Shown here: positions 13,289 to 25,865 of the stretch, one piece after another | Layout of the letters: each line of letters opens with the position of its first letter | Position numbering within the stretch: position 1 is the stretch's first letter | Source of the DNA: Paraspadella gotoi | Lineage: Eukaryota > Animalia > Chaetognatha | NCBI GenBank assembly: GCA_051294375.1 | Contig: CM119264.1 | Location: 2,166,481-2,230,480 of the forward strand | DNA: 64,000 bases | Reading direction: 5' to 3' | Translations under genes and position numbers: made by a program | The notes under the pieces: model-generated | Told to the model about the DNA's origin: nothing | Seen by the model: only the letters and a program-made list of their open reading frames with translations | The model's database searches: none

Positions 13289-15569
13289 TAAAAAGTATTT
13301 GTTTTATTATTTAGTCTACGAGATAAACCGAAACACAGGAGCGCCGATTATATGGATAAAATTCAATAAAAAAACTTAACTCACGTTTGCGGATTAATCT
13401 TTTTTAAGCGAATATTATTGATTCCGTTGATTCTTGTTAACGAAGCTAAAAAAAAATCACAATAACCCGAAACACTTTTTGTGCGTGACTACAAAAATCG
13501 TGATCATTATTAATCTAAAGGGGAGAAAAAAAAGAGATCTTTTTTATGCCGAGGACGAATAAAAAACAGAGGTTTTCCAACTCTTGCCCCCAAAAACTCG
13601 AATTCCTAATTTAGGGAGATATTTTATCATAAATCAAGTAAAATACTAATAATTATAAATAAACCGCTTCAGAAACGTAACAGATCTAACAACTACCAAG
13701 ATCACTAACAGGTAAATAATCGGTGGATAACAACAGGAGAAAAGGCGAAATTTACAATAGACCTTACATTAGTACAAAACTTTTTTTGTCTAAAAGTTAA
13801 CGTCTGACATGCATAGTAAAAAGCTAAATCTTGGTCCTTGAAAGGTTTTAGTGGGATTTCTTTTGTTTACTCAGACACCATAATGAATAAGATTTTTTTT
13901 CCCCAGAATTGGGTGTGACGTAGAATAAATCCATCGAAAAGTACGACCAAGAGAGAAAAAAAAATCAATTGTCCAACAATGTTTATTACTATGGCATATT
14001 GGCGCGTATATTTAACAGCGTTTGAAATAAAAAACCAAAAACAAAACGAGAACAGCTTTACTTCTCTCCAATAACATCTACCAACATTGAAACAACGCAC
14101 TCAACAAGCTACTTAACAATTAATGATCTGTAATTCCGTGTGTTTATTGCGTAATAATTTTTCATCCTAATATTTTATCAATAAAAAATAATTTAATAAC
14201 GATCAACACACGAGCCACAGTCAACTGAACCTATTACACTGAAGTAGTAACAAATAATTGCTTTGTGCAATATGGTTAAAAATCATGAACATATTGAACA
14301 AAGAATAAGGGAAAGTGGGTAAATAATGGGTCAGCGGCCACATCAAAGCCAGAAAAATGTTAAAACGAATCTTGGTCTGTTACGAATGGTGACGATGATT
14401 CTTTAAAAATTTTAGTAGCATAAAAATAATTAACATTTTACGCAATTTTCTTTTTACCGGGGGTAACAGATTTCGTTTACGTTTATTAACCAGCTTATGA
14501 ACTGTGAAAACTGGTTTTAGGCATATATAAATCTAAAAGAAAAAAAAAATTAAACATCACTACAACAGACACAAAAATAAAATAATATGGAAAAGTTCAT
14601 ATTAGGAAGATAAAAACATCCCGAATAACCTTGTATTCGATGTTCGTCAACCACATTTTAATAGATAAAAATTAAAAAGAATTAAATTAAAAACAACCTG
14701 AAGCATTGTATAATTTAACAAAGTGAAACAACAAACAAAAAAATTAACTACAAAGAAACGTAACAATACTATACGACTTAGTACTGACTTAAATTTCCGC
14801 AGGATCACTATCATAGAACAAGGAAAAAAAAATTATTTTTTTTTGGAAATTGTGTAGGGCAAATTTGTGACTAATTAGAATTGTTTTACATTGGTTTAAC
14901 CAATTTGAAAGAGTAGGTCAGTTTCAAATTGCAAAGAATTGAGATTGAGGTGTAAAACTAAATCTTAGACATGAACGAATAACAAGGTGCGATAACGAAT
15001 TAAATATCACCTACTTGTGAAACGCAACGAATCATGTATAAAATATATAGAGTAAACAACTAACTAGCTATGTTGACATGGCTAAAAGCAATAAGAAAAA
15101 ACAAAAAAGAAATCTAAAAGCAACAGGGCTTGGTTATTTTAGGCTCTTTTACCCATGTCGTTAAATAATCAACAGCAAAAAGGAAGAAATAAATATGTTC
15201 TTAAACAACTGTCTAAGAACTGAGATTTTTAAATGTGAGTGCAAAATTTTTAAAAATATTGGTCTCAGATATAAATTAAGAACCATTTAAAAGTAAATAT
15301 CAATTAAGAATGAAACTTTGCTTTTAAACCCTTAGTAATAAAAATATCTTTGACCATTTACAGTATTACTTAAACAAAACCATGCAAGAACTAGAACGCT
15401 AACGAACCAGAAACATAACTTATAGATCATGCACCGAACAGCAATTTGATGATTAAATGTGTACAAGAAAGATATGTGAGAATAATTTTTACAATACCGA
15501 AACCACTTTACTACCCCTTTTAAAAGTTTTTGGTATGGCTTTTTTTTTCTCAATCCAAACGCGGAAGAT

Positions 15570-18416
15570 TCAAAGTCCAATTCCAGGGAGCTGAATGTAT
15601 CTATAAAGATAGATACGATAATCTTTTGATGCCAGAACAATGGTTCCATCATCCATGAGGGCGACATCGAAGCACTGAGCATGCTTTACTTTGGATTCCA
15701 ATGCATTCACCAGTTGACCATCTTGGGTGAAGATGGTTAAATTGAAATTATTGTGGTTGTCGGCAATAAGAATTTCTCCAGCAGCATTGATTCCCACACC
15801 GATGGGATAATTTGTGATTCCTTCACCCCCAACCTGTCTTAGGTATTGACCTTCATAGCTAAAAACTTTTACACAATGTGCCCGATTATCTGAAATGAAA
15901 ATTTCCTGTCGATCATTGACTACGACTCCATTGGGAAATTCTAGATGCTTTGAGCAGCCAAACTTGGAAAGAACATTTCCCATTTGGTCAAAGATAATCA
16001 CACGCATCACTTTACATTCAACGATAATAATTCTGCCTTTATGATCCACAGTTACACCTCGTGGGTGTTGCAAAATGTTTGCACCAAATTTTCTAACAAA
16101 TTGCCCATATTGATTGTATATTTGGATCTGATGCGTCGGGGACCGTTCAGTGACAATAATATCGCCAGAAGGTTTTACCACTGCAACTCGATTGGGATAA
16201 AGTAGCTGTCCATCTCGCTTACCACATTCTCCAAATTGAAACTTGAATCTACCTTCTTTATCGAAAATCTGAATGCGGTGATTGTTAGTATCAGCAACCA
16301 CAATATCATTTTGGGCATTGACTGCAACGCCCGATGGCTCAGTGAATTGACCTTCCATAACACCAAATTCTCCAAATTTACAATGATAAATCATTTTTTG
16401 ACGCTTAATTTGACTTTTTGGTGGGTAAATATTCGCGGAAATTAGTTTTGATGTTAAGTCAACTATCTGATCAGTTGTGCCAGACTGAAGTTGATGAAGA
16501 AGTTCCCCTGGGTTCATCATCCCCATATCAGTTCCACCTGCGGACCATTTCTCATAGGAACCTTCACCAAATCCTGAATTCTGAGGATCAACACCAATCA
16601 TTTGACCATTGAAATTCGAACCAGCGGCCCCGTTTAAAATGGCCAGTGCTGCAGCGGCCGCGCGTCCCTGCTGTATATCAGAGGAAAGCATGCCGCCATT
16701 CTGTCCCGGAGATCGATTAAGAGCATTTATCTGTTGGGCATTCAAGCCGTGAGAGTTCATGATTCCCAAGGAACCTCCAACTTGTGAAAGATTAAAGCCT
16801 TGCTGCTTGTTGTTGGGATGTGACTCCGCACCCTGTCTTAAATACCCGTAAGTATTTCTTATAGCAATTTGAATAGCTTGAAAATTTGAAACAAATTCTA
16901 TATCCGAATTAGCAGGCAGAGAAAGCTCACTGGAAAGTTTGACAAGATTGTACAGCCGAGACGAAAGCGTTTTTTTGAATAGTAAAATTTCTTCCATGGA
17001 AGAAGTTTTTAATAATCTGTCAACAAAATCCGTGGTTTGGTACAACTTATCAGAGGCTTCTTGCATTCTCTGAGCTGCAGAGGAAAATGCCATTTGCCTC
17101 GAGTCCAGAATCGAATCCAATTCCTTCAATGCTTCTAGTTTTCTTTCGTCCAGCATCGATTTGTAAAACGTGTGTGTTTCATTGATGTCATTTTGAGCTT
17201 TCTGGTAAGTTAACTGAAGTCGCGAAGAGGCGTGTTCCACACTTTTAACAAAGCCGCGCAGATCGGAGGCTTTCCCCTTGGCTTCTTCGACGATGCTGGC
17301 GATCCTCTCCAACTCTCTTCCTCCAACCTCACTCAGCAAATTGTACTCGTGGCCTTTCCCATGCTCGACCAAACAGCATTCTTTGCAAATGGGGTAATCA
17401 CAGCTAAAGCAAAAGAACTTAAGCGCTTCCGTTTTATGCTTGGGGCAGTTGAATCCTTTTCCAGGTTGTTCGGAAGGAATTGATAATCCATTGGTCATCC
17501 CGGCCACCGGACCACCCGGGGCTAAACTCGTTTCTGACTGAATCGAGGAAACCAACTGGGAAGGGTCCAAACAGGCGGAGGAGCTGGACGTGACGCTGTC
17601 ATTGGGACTCGCCTGATTGTGAGGCATCGCGGGAGACGTTGATCCGCCAACGAGCTGCCTGTCCACGGAAGCAACGATAGAAGTGACGAGGGATTCGTCC
17701 AACCCAGAATTCCCACCGTTGGAGTCCGCGTTGAGAGTCACGACTCTGTGGCCCTCGAAGCAATGCATAAATTGATGCGCCATCACACAATTGGGGCAGA
17801 GAAAATTGGTGCAATCGTGGCAACGAGCGACGGCAGCATGCTCCTTACTCTTGCAACCTTGACAAAAAGGGCCGCTGACTTGATTAGAAAACGGGGACGA
17901 CGGCGCGCCCGGAGACCCCTCTGTCGGGATTCCAACGGAAGAACCCTCAAGCCCTCCGAGGAACGGCGCCACGGACGTGGGCACGTTGGTAGAGCTCCCA
18001 TTCGACACGTTAACCGCCGTCATGGAGGAGACTTTGTGACACTGAGGGCAGGTTATCTTCTCGTTGACTCCTCTGATCCCTTCGCTGTCGAGACACTTCA
18101 TGCAAAAGCAATGACAGCAAGCGAGGACTTTGATGACGGGACTCGACTCGTTGGAAGAGTCTTCCCCAGAATTGGCGTTGATTCCTCCGACGCCGCAGAT
18201 CAAACACTTTCCGAGGGAAGATCCCAAAAGGACCGAGGCCGTCGTCGACACCGCCGTCGTCGCCGCAGATTCCAATAGATCTTGCAACGCCAACGACGTC
18301 GCCGGCGACTCTCTGGCGATGGTAAAGAGCGGATCTTGCAAGCAGCTTTCCAAGCCGTTCCGCTGAGATAAGCTTGGTGACGGACAAAATGATGAGAGAG
18401 GAGACGACGTCATCAT
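15570..18416 (-). CDS. brat: Brain tumor (Brat/NCL-1) TRIM-NHL protein, single coding exon, 948 aa
   Basis: RING-like, two B-boxes (CQGC..CHDC..LCPNCVMAH; CPKH..FCFSCDYPICKEC), coiled coil and an NHL domain starting KSQIKRQKMIYHCKFGEFGVMEGQFTEPSGVAV, which matches Drosophila Brat as I recall it. Confidence 0.95.
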   Translation of the reverse strand: MMTSSPLSSFCPSPSLSQRNGLESCLQDPLFTIARESPATSLALQDLLESAATTAVSTTASVLLGSSLGKCLICGVGGINANSGEDSSNESSPVIKVLACCHCFCMKCLDSEGIRGVNEKITCPQCHKVSSMTAVNVSNGSSTNVPTSVAPFLGGLEGSSVGIPTEGSPGAPSSPFSNQVSGPFCQGCKSKEHAAVARCHDCTNFLCPNCVMAHQFMHCFEGHRVVTLNADSNGGNSGLDESLVTSIVASVDRQLVGGSTSPAMPHNQASPNDSVTSSSSACLDPSQLVSSIQSETSLAPGGPVAGMTNGLSIPSEQPGKGFNCPKHKTEALKFFCFSCDYPICKECCLVEHGKGHEYNLLSEVGGRELERIASIVEEAKGKASDLRGFVKSVEHASSRLQLTYQKAQNDINETHTFYKSMLDERKLEALKELDSILDSRQMAFSSAAQRMQEASDKLYQTTDFVDRLLKTSSMEEILLFKKTLSSRLYNLVKLSSELSLPANSDIEFVSNFQAIQIAIRNTYGYLRQGAESHPNNKQQGFNLSQVGGSLGIMNSHGLNAQQINALNRSPGQNGGMLSSDIQQGRAAAAALAILNGAAGSNFNGQMIGVDPQNSGFGEGSYEKWSAGGTDMGMMNPGELLHQLQSGTTDQIVDLTSKLISANIYPPKSQIKRQKMIYHCKFGEFGVMEGQFTEPSGVAVNAQNDIVVADTNNHRIQIFDKEGRFKFQFGECGKRDGQLLYPNRVAVVKPSGDIIVTERSPTHQIQIYNQYGQFVRKFGANILQHPRGVTVDHKGRIIIVECKVMRVIIFDQMGNVLSKFGCSKHLEFPNGVVVNDRQEIFISDNRAHCVKVFSYEGQYLRQVGGEGITNYPIGVGINAAGEILIADNHNNFNLTIFTQDGQLVNALESKVKHAQCFDVALMDDGTIVLASKDYRIYLYRYIQLPGIGL

Positions 18417-20438
18417 TGCCGGCGATTTCTTGCAAGAAATTTGATTTCAAAACAAATTTCGACCTCAAAAAAATGTTATCAAGGGGAACCGAGGATGACG
18501 AATTGCGGTGAGATCAATTTAAGGATGACGAAATTTACTGTCCGAATAAAATATTAGTTCCGTTAGGATATCATTTTTCCACTTTTAATTAGGGTTTTTT
18601 TTTCCCGAAATTTATACGACTTAAACGGAAGAGGAAGTAATGTCACTTGGGGAGAATGAAAGAAAAAAACTCAACGGAAATAAGTTTAAGTTTCGCTGAA
18701 ACCAAATTTTGCAACTTAAGATTTTGAGGATTTTTTTTCCCCGACTCCAAATCGATTCTCTCCTTATTTTGTTTGAACAGATGGCCGGCTGCAGAGAGAG
18801 AGAGAGAGAGGCAGTCGTTTCAGTGGTTCGAAAGCGTCAGCGTCCTCAATCGCGATGATTCGGGGTTCCTTTTTTTTCCTTTTCCCCTTCAGACTTTTCC
18901 ACGTAACATTTATGTTCCTTTTTTTTCACGATATGAAGAAAAAGAGTAAGCGAATTTAATTATATCACAAAATAGTCGAAAAAAAAAAGATGAGCCGCGT
19001 CGTTAATCGATTTATCTAGAAAGACATTTATTTATTTCGGTCGTCTATTTAAGACATTCTACGTTTCTGATCATGTCAGCCCGATGAGAGAGAGAGAGAT
19101 TTTTCGTATTGAAGCATCTAAGGTAACACGACAGCGTCTTTTTCCGGCACGACCAATGAGAGCGCGGAACGAATTACGTGGACCAATGGGAGAAAAGCTT
19201 GGGCTCCGGTTGCTAACGGGGTGCGTGATTCAGGAGGCAGACTCTGTCGGTTCCGCATGACAACTGAGGATTGCGAAAGAGAGAGAGAGAGCGAGACGGA
19301 GAAGGGGAAAGCCGAAAGAGGGGACAGAAAGGAGCAGAGAGAGAGTCCCTTAGCTAAAAACAGAAGGAAGCTTCGCGACGGCCGGAGGCTGCTGCAGCTG
19401 ATGCAGCAGCGACTGCAGGGCTTCTCGAGCGTACGCGGCAGCGTCTGGGCGGGGTTGCGAAGAAGAAGAGCGGAGATCGCAAAACTTGACAGGGACGACG
19501 ACGACGACGACGTCGAGTTAAAAAAAAGTGCTACAATGCAATGGGGTCGAATGGACGATGAGGTGGAGGCGACTCATCGCCTGCAAGAAAGGAAAACCGC
19601 TCGAGCGGGATCAAAGGATTTTTCGAGGTTCAGTAGATCCAGCTGTATTCAGAATCTATTCAGACGGTCAGTTCCCCAATTCCCTTTAATTCCCGCTTCC
19701 CACTCCTCTCGTCTTCTACCCTTGGCCTTGGTTGATAATGACAGTGTTAATTTTTGTATATCATCTTATCGTATTTAATTGCCTTTTTCCACCCTTTTTA
19801 AATCATTCCTTTTTCTCTTTCAACTTCTCTTTTTTACCTCCCTCCCTTTTTTATATCCTTCGACCCCCTCCGCTTCCCGGATTATGACCCCCACATCGTT
19901 TCTTTTGTTCCTCTTTTGATTATCAAATAATATCAAATATTGACAAAGGATAATGATGAAAAGAGTACTGGAGTTTCTCAGCAGAAAAGAGCCAATTAAA
20001 TATGTATATGAAATTGGTACAACCAATATAACTTATATATAACTAATATGAAAGAGGTCAATTTCTTTACCTTACCTAAATGGTCAACGCCGACTTTAAG
20101 CTTTGATACATCCCTATATTACTTCCCTTACCTTGCAATTTTTGCCTGTAAGCGTTACCTCAAAGTTAAACTATGAAATCCAAAATTCATATAATGAAAT
20201 CGGGGCGTACCAACCCATATTTGGTCACAAAAGTCAGATATAACCCGAGAGTCATTCATAAATCCGGGCCTCGGGGAAATACCCGGATTATAAAATAAAA
20301 ATAATACGGGTAGAAAATGCCTCCCCTTTAAATAGACCATCCACGATAACTCTCGCTTCACAAAAGGATAAACCATTTTGTTGTCGATAAAATATATTTT
20401 GACATATTTCTGCAAAAATGGAACTAAACGCAACGACA

Positions 20439-22104
20439 ATGTCGACGACTGCCGCTACAATTCCTTCAACTCCTACACCCCTAACCGACTTGATAACATT
20501 CTCCGGTTACGGGGTAATGGTAGCAGTAATCGGCTCTATCGGTACATTACATAAACTAAATTATAAGTTGTAATTTAATATAAGATCCATATAATTAACT
20601 TGAAATATCCGTAGGAAACATTTTGTCTTTGGCGATTTCTCTTCGACCAAAACTGCGAGGAAATTCCTTCAGCGTTTTTCTTGCGGCCTTGGCGTGCGCG
20701 GACACAATGGTGCTTTGGGCTCAAGCATTTTTGCTGCTCACATATCACCGCGTCTCACCTGGTTATTGCATTTCCCGAGCCTTTTTTCTTATGTACCCAG
20801 AAGCCCAGGCGAATTGGATCATCGCAGGTTCGCGTTGTCTTTACCTCAAAAAAGTATTTTCCTTTTTATCACCCATGAGTTCTAAAAGACGACGAAAAGT
20901 CCAAATAGATTATTAGCCGTTTTCTGTTCAGGATTGACCATCGAGAGAGCTATTCTCATAAGTTTCCCCATGAAAGCAACGGCTTGGGGCTTTGGAAAAT
21001 TAAAATCTGGAATTATAATTGTTGGATTAATTTTCCTCATAATATTAGCATTCCACATTCCAACCTTATTTTTCTTCGACTACAGCAGCTCGCTGGTAAG
21101 TTGATGATATAAATAAAAGCTTATGGCCAACCAAACAGTATTTCGTTATGGTAAAATTTTTACCTACATAAAGTCATAAGATATATATTTAATTAAGTTT
21201 TTCTTTTAAAAGCCAATTTTACCTCGATTTTTCTTATCTTTTTAAAAATCATAATATCAATAATAATCAGAACGCTTGCGTGGCGCGGGAAGAACTGGCG
21301 TTCGCCTCGGGCAAATTATATCCATGGATGACGGTGGTGGCCTTTTTCTATCTGCCCATGTTTCTCATCGTCCTCTGCAACGTGGGAATCGTGAGAAAGC
21401 TCCTCGCCGCTTCGACAGAAAGAGCTAAATTCGGGTGCGAATGACTACTAATGATAAATAACAATAATAGTTAAAAATACTTATAAACCGTGCCAGTCTG
21501 CTTATCTTGCCATAATACTAACTTCGTTTTCCCTCTACCGTCCTTAAAAAGGGGTTCATCCGGCTCGACCCAAAAGTACAACCGTCTTCGTCGCATCTCC
21601 ATCGTCGTCACCGTCGTCAGCGCCGTCTACGTGATGCTGGAAATCTGCAACGCTCTCATTCGCACGATCGTCGCCGCGGGAGACATGAACGCCTTCGATC
21701 CTCCGCCTTCGTTTTTCGGTTCAATGATGGCGTGTCAGACCAACCACGCCATCAACATTTTGCTCTATTGCCTCACCGGTGAATACAGCGAGTCGAGTGA
21801 ATCTAGCTAGAGTAAAAACAAACAGCCGATTAAAAATCCGGCAAAATTCCGTCATAATAATCCATTAAATCTCGGGTTTCATGCAGAAACATCGAGCGAG
21901 CGAGCTGCATGGCCATTATTTTTTCCTGTTTACAATTAATTCATTTTTCCCCCCCTTTCTCCGTTTCAAGGCGATCAATTCCGCGAGGAATTTTTCAACC
22001 TCCTTCGCGTACTTTGCTGTTTGGAGCCGGCGCCGAAGCAGCAAGGCACGACAATGCAGTCTTCCTCCACGGCGGCAAAAGCCACCACAGAAACCACCGC
22101 CTAA
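20439..22104 (+). CDS. Class A (rhodopsin-like) GPCR, peptide-receptor-like orphan, multi-exon
   Basis: TM1 VIGSIGNILSL, TM2 FLAALACADTMVL, TM3 LTIERAILISFP, TM5 FFYLPMFLIVLCN, TM7 TNHAINILLYCLTG then DQFREEF; stop TAA 22102-22104. Confidence 0.85.
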
Positions 22105-22423
22105 CATTGCCGAGTTCATCAAGACTGATTTTAAGTATTTCTCGATTGTATTGTGAAACTAAAACGCAACTGGCCCTTAAAAAAAACTGGCCAGGTCAAC
22201 CGCAAACACGACAACAATTTTTTAAAAAAATAAACAAAATGAGTAATAAAGCATTTTTGAGGGAAAAATTAGATGAGATTAAAAAAGCTCTCAGCAGTAG
22301 AGTTACGTAGCATTCTACCGAGATTATAAAAAAAAATAACAATAAATATCGGGTGAAAGACTAATAAAAATAATAGAACCCAGGTCCCAGGGTGAAATAA
22401 TTAGCGAAAGTATTTTTTTTTCA

Positions 22424-24632
22424 TCACCCGCGACACCAATCTTCGTCCACTTTACATTTTCTCTCGATCCAAGCGACGATCATTCGATCCGCCTTACTGC
22501 CTCCGAATCGTCTCCTCGTCGGGAGAATCCTCCTCATCTCCCTCTTGGCCTTATGTTCCAAGTAAAACTCTCGTAGTTTCTCCCTTTCGCCGCGGGTGGC
22601 GCATCGCTTGGTCAAGGAGCAAACACCGCCCGGCGGGGAATCGCATGCTGCGTCGCAGGCGGCGATCTCCTCGGCGTCGAGGACCGAGAGATCTCCGTCG
22701 GCGGCGGCCATGTCTCGGTCTTCGCTCGAGCCGAGGGACGTCAGAGAAAACTGGGCAAAGTTAATACGCGTCAGGGCGAAGAGATTGTAGAGAACTTGTT
22801 CGTAGAGTCGACGGTTGGCGCGAAAATGTTGGCTGCTCAGGTTGGGACTCATGTTGACTTCCATGAGGAAGACGCGGAGATCTTCGTCGACGATGAAGTC
22901 GAAGCGAACCATCTCGAAAAAGTTGAAGGGAAAAGAGAACCCTTGGAGGGCGGCCTCCAGGTTAGCCTGGTTTTTGATGAAGACCTCGGCGATGGCCTCG
23001 TCCACGCCGCGCCAAACCGCGGAGGAGTTGAGGCCTCGGGAGGCGAGGTGCGCGTCGAAGGCGCCTTTAAAGTTCATTCCTTCTTCGATGAGAAATCGAC
23101 GAAGACTCGGAATCTCCCACATCGGAGTGTAATCGTCGCCGACGACGTATTTAGCTAGAAATGAAGTATGGTTGAGGGTTAACAATCAACTAATTAGGCA
23201 AAAACATATCAAGCCAGGACATTTTGTAACATTTCTACGAGGATAGAACTTAATAAAACCTCTATATGGCGACCACAAACTACAAACATTCCACACAATG
23301 ACCTTGATCCGCCACGTCGAAAAGTCTGTAGTCTCGAGTGCAAAATCGAAACAAAGCGTCGGCGTGGAAAGAGTAAACGATCAACGGATCCACGGACGTG
23401 ACGACGACGTAAACCCCGACGTCGAACTTTCGGTTGTCGATGAGCAACGGACGAGCGACGAACTCTTGGAGGAAAGTCTTTTCCGCGTCCGGGGGACCTC
23501 GACCTTGTCGTAACAGTTCGTGAACAGCCTCGATTCGAACGCCTCGATGCTGATTACTTTTCGAGACCCAAAGCGTTCGAGGTTTTGAGGCGGCGTAACG
23601 GCGAAAGTCCGCTAGTTCGTCGGGCATTCGAAACGCGACGGGAATGTGCGGGGATGAAAGTTTCGCCAGGTCGACCTAATTGGGTTTAAGTTTTATTCTC
23701 CATCCATTAGGTAGAACAAATATTAACTAAAAGCAATAAACACCTTATTAGTTATAANNNNNNNNNNTTAATAAAACCTCTATGGGGCGACAAACATTCC
23801 ACACAATGACCTTGATCCGCCGCGTCGAAAGGTCTGTAGTCTCGAGTGCAAAATCGAAACAAAGCGTCGGCGTGGAAAGAGTAGACGATCAACGGATCCA
23901 CGGACGTGACGACGACGTAAACCCCGACGTCGAACTTTCGGTTGTCGATGAGCAACGGACGAGCGACGAACTCTTGGAGGAAAGTCTTTTCCGCGTCCGG
24001 GGGACCTCGACCTTGTCGTAACAGTTCGTGAACAGCCTCGAGTCGAACGCCTCGATGCTGATTACTTTTCGAGACCCAAAGCGTTCGAGGTTTTGAGGCG
24101 GCGTAACGGCGAAAGTCCGCTAGTTCGTCGGGCACTCGAAACGCGACGGGAATGTGCAGGGATGAAAGTTTCGCCAGGTCGACCTAATTGGGTTTAAGTT
24201 TTATTCTCCATCCATTAGGTAAAACAAATATTCACTAAAAGCAATAAATACCTTATTAGTTATAAATCCCATTCCAGGAATTTTGTTGACCCGCTGATGA
24301 TTCCTGATTTTCTTCAGTTCCGGCATAGAATTGAATGGATAAGAGTGTGACCACATGAAGTCCCATTCGGTCGACGCTGACCCGTCATCGCTCGGAAGCG
24401 GATTGGCGTGTCTCACTTCGAATCCCACGACGCCGAGAACACGAATCACGTGACTGAGATACGACGAGGGAAATCCAGGTCCGAGAACGAGTGCCACCCC
24501 GCGGCGAGGAAGTGAATTGGAGGGTAGGGAAGAAAGAGTGTACAGACAAAGCACCAAGGATGTCGCCAAAAGGGCGAGTGACGCTTTCAAAGATGAAGAG
24601 CATCTTCGAGGGAATAATTTGCAAAAAGTCAT
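22424..24632 (-). CDS. Tubulin-tyrosine-ligase-like ATP-grasp protein (TTLL15-like) with N-terminal hydrophobic segment
   Basis: WDFMWS, QRVNKIPGMGFITNK, WVSKSNQHRG, LQEFVARPLLIDNRKFDVGVYV, FEMVRFDFIVDEDLRVFLMEVNMSPNL are TTL-family motifs. Three exons; the middle exon appears twice around an N gap. Confidence 0.88.
23259..24264. repeat. ~500 bp near-identical direct duplication flanking a 10-N scaffold gap (probable uncollapsed haplotype)
   Basis: About 23259-23757 matches 23768-24264 with scattered SNPs and small indels; Ns at 23758-23767 lie exactly at the junction. Confidence 0.85.
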
Positions 24633-24972
24633 GACAGGTTACCCGAGCGTGTTTTTTTTTTAAAATAGTTTTTTTTAATAGACTAGATAAGCACGAGCCT
24701 TATTTCCTTTTATCCAACGTTCAACAGTTAATGATAATTAGTGTCATCTTTAGTCGTAGCTTTCAGTTTTTAGTTTCTTTTAAAATCCAGAACTGAAGCA
24801 AGACAAATGATATTTCAATTACTCCTCCTACCTCATGACAAAGAGAAAAAATAATGGTCGAAATAAATTATGTGAACATGATTCCACGTATAAAATAGAA
24901 TAAAATTAGTTCCACTTATGAACAAATTTTTTTCAAGATATACTGTATCAATAGATCAAAAAGATATATTGT

Positions 24973-25138
24973 ATCAAAATATTTTCAAGAACAACCATGT
25001 GAATGAGACCGATATTTTATTCTAGATTGATGATATTGTATAGTATACATTGTATATTATACAATATCATCAATCTAGAATAAATATTAAATATTATCGG
25101 TCTCATTCACAGGTATTTCTTGAAATTATATTTTGATC
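24973..25138. repeat. AT-rich palindrome / MITE-like hairpin
   Basis: tgtgaatgagaccgata...tattctagattgatgatattgtata mirrored by tatacaatatcatcaatctagaata...tatcggtctcattcaca. Confidence 0.75.
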
Positions 25139-25728
25139 ATAAATATCCATATAAAATATCAGATAGGGTTAGAGATAGATAAATTCGCGCAATTTTTTTT
25201 TTATGCTAAATAAGCTGTCAATGCTTTTGTAAAACCAGCGGCTTTACCGAGACGAGGATAAAATGGTTTGTTCGAAACCAAGCCCAATTTTCCAAAGTGA
25301 TCTTTTCGTACTTGACACTGGCAGAAACTGTCCTGCATGACATATTCGTAATTGGTATGGAGGAACTCACCGATTAAGAAGATTTCATGTATCCTCATTA
25401 TCAATGCTGAACCAATGAAAAAACCAAGAGTTGAGGATTGGAAGATCGAAGTATTGTACGTCCCTGACGCCCGAGACCAGGCGAAATATTTCCATAGAAT
25501 CCATATACGCGAAGGGGAATACAACAACTACTGTTAACTGAATGTTCTTATTGGGCAGAAAATGAATCGAAGCTTGAGTAATTAATTTCCCGATTTAGCA
25601 ATAAGAGGGCATAGAATGACCAAAAAGAATCACCTTACAAGATAATGCCGAAATATTTGAACCTACTCATTTGATATTCCTAAATCTCGTAACTTTAAAA
25701 AATGACAGTTCATTTTATGAGCCCAATT

Positions 25729-25742
25729 AATAATAATAATAA

Positions 25743-25776
<34 letters not shown>
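25729..25776. repeat. (AAT)n microsatellite
   Basis: Direct reading of taataataat runs. Confidence 0.9.
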
Positions 25777-25782
<6 letters not shown>

Positions 25783-25865
25783 TAAGAAAATAAATTATTA
25801 ACATATTAGAATCAAAACATTTTATGGCTTAGTTTTAAAGATTTAGTATTTTGGTTACTAACCAT

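Noticed and set aside
19221-19778. 185-aa + strand ORF
   Set aside because: GTG start, microsatellite-derived composition and no domain; more likely brat promoter/5' UTR sequence.
23259-24264. Tandem duplicated TTLL exon as mutually exclusive exons
   Set aside because: The copies include intron and part of the upstream exon, are near-identical and abut an N gap, typical of overlapping haplotype contigs.
25201-25537. Short overlapping ORFs between two palindromic elements
   Set aside because: No recognisable motif or splice structure; possibly a TE fragment.
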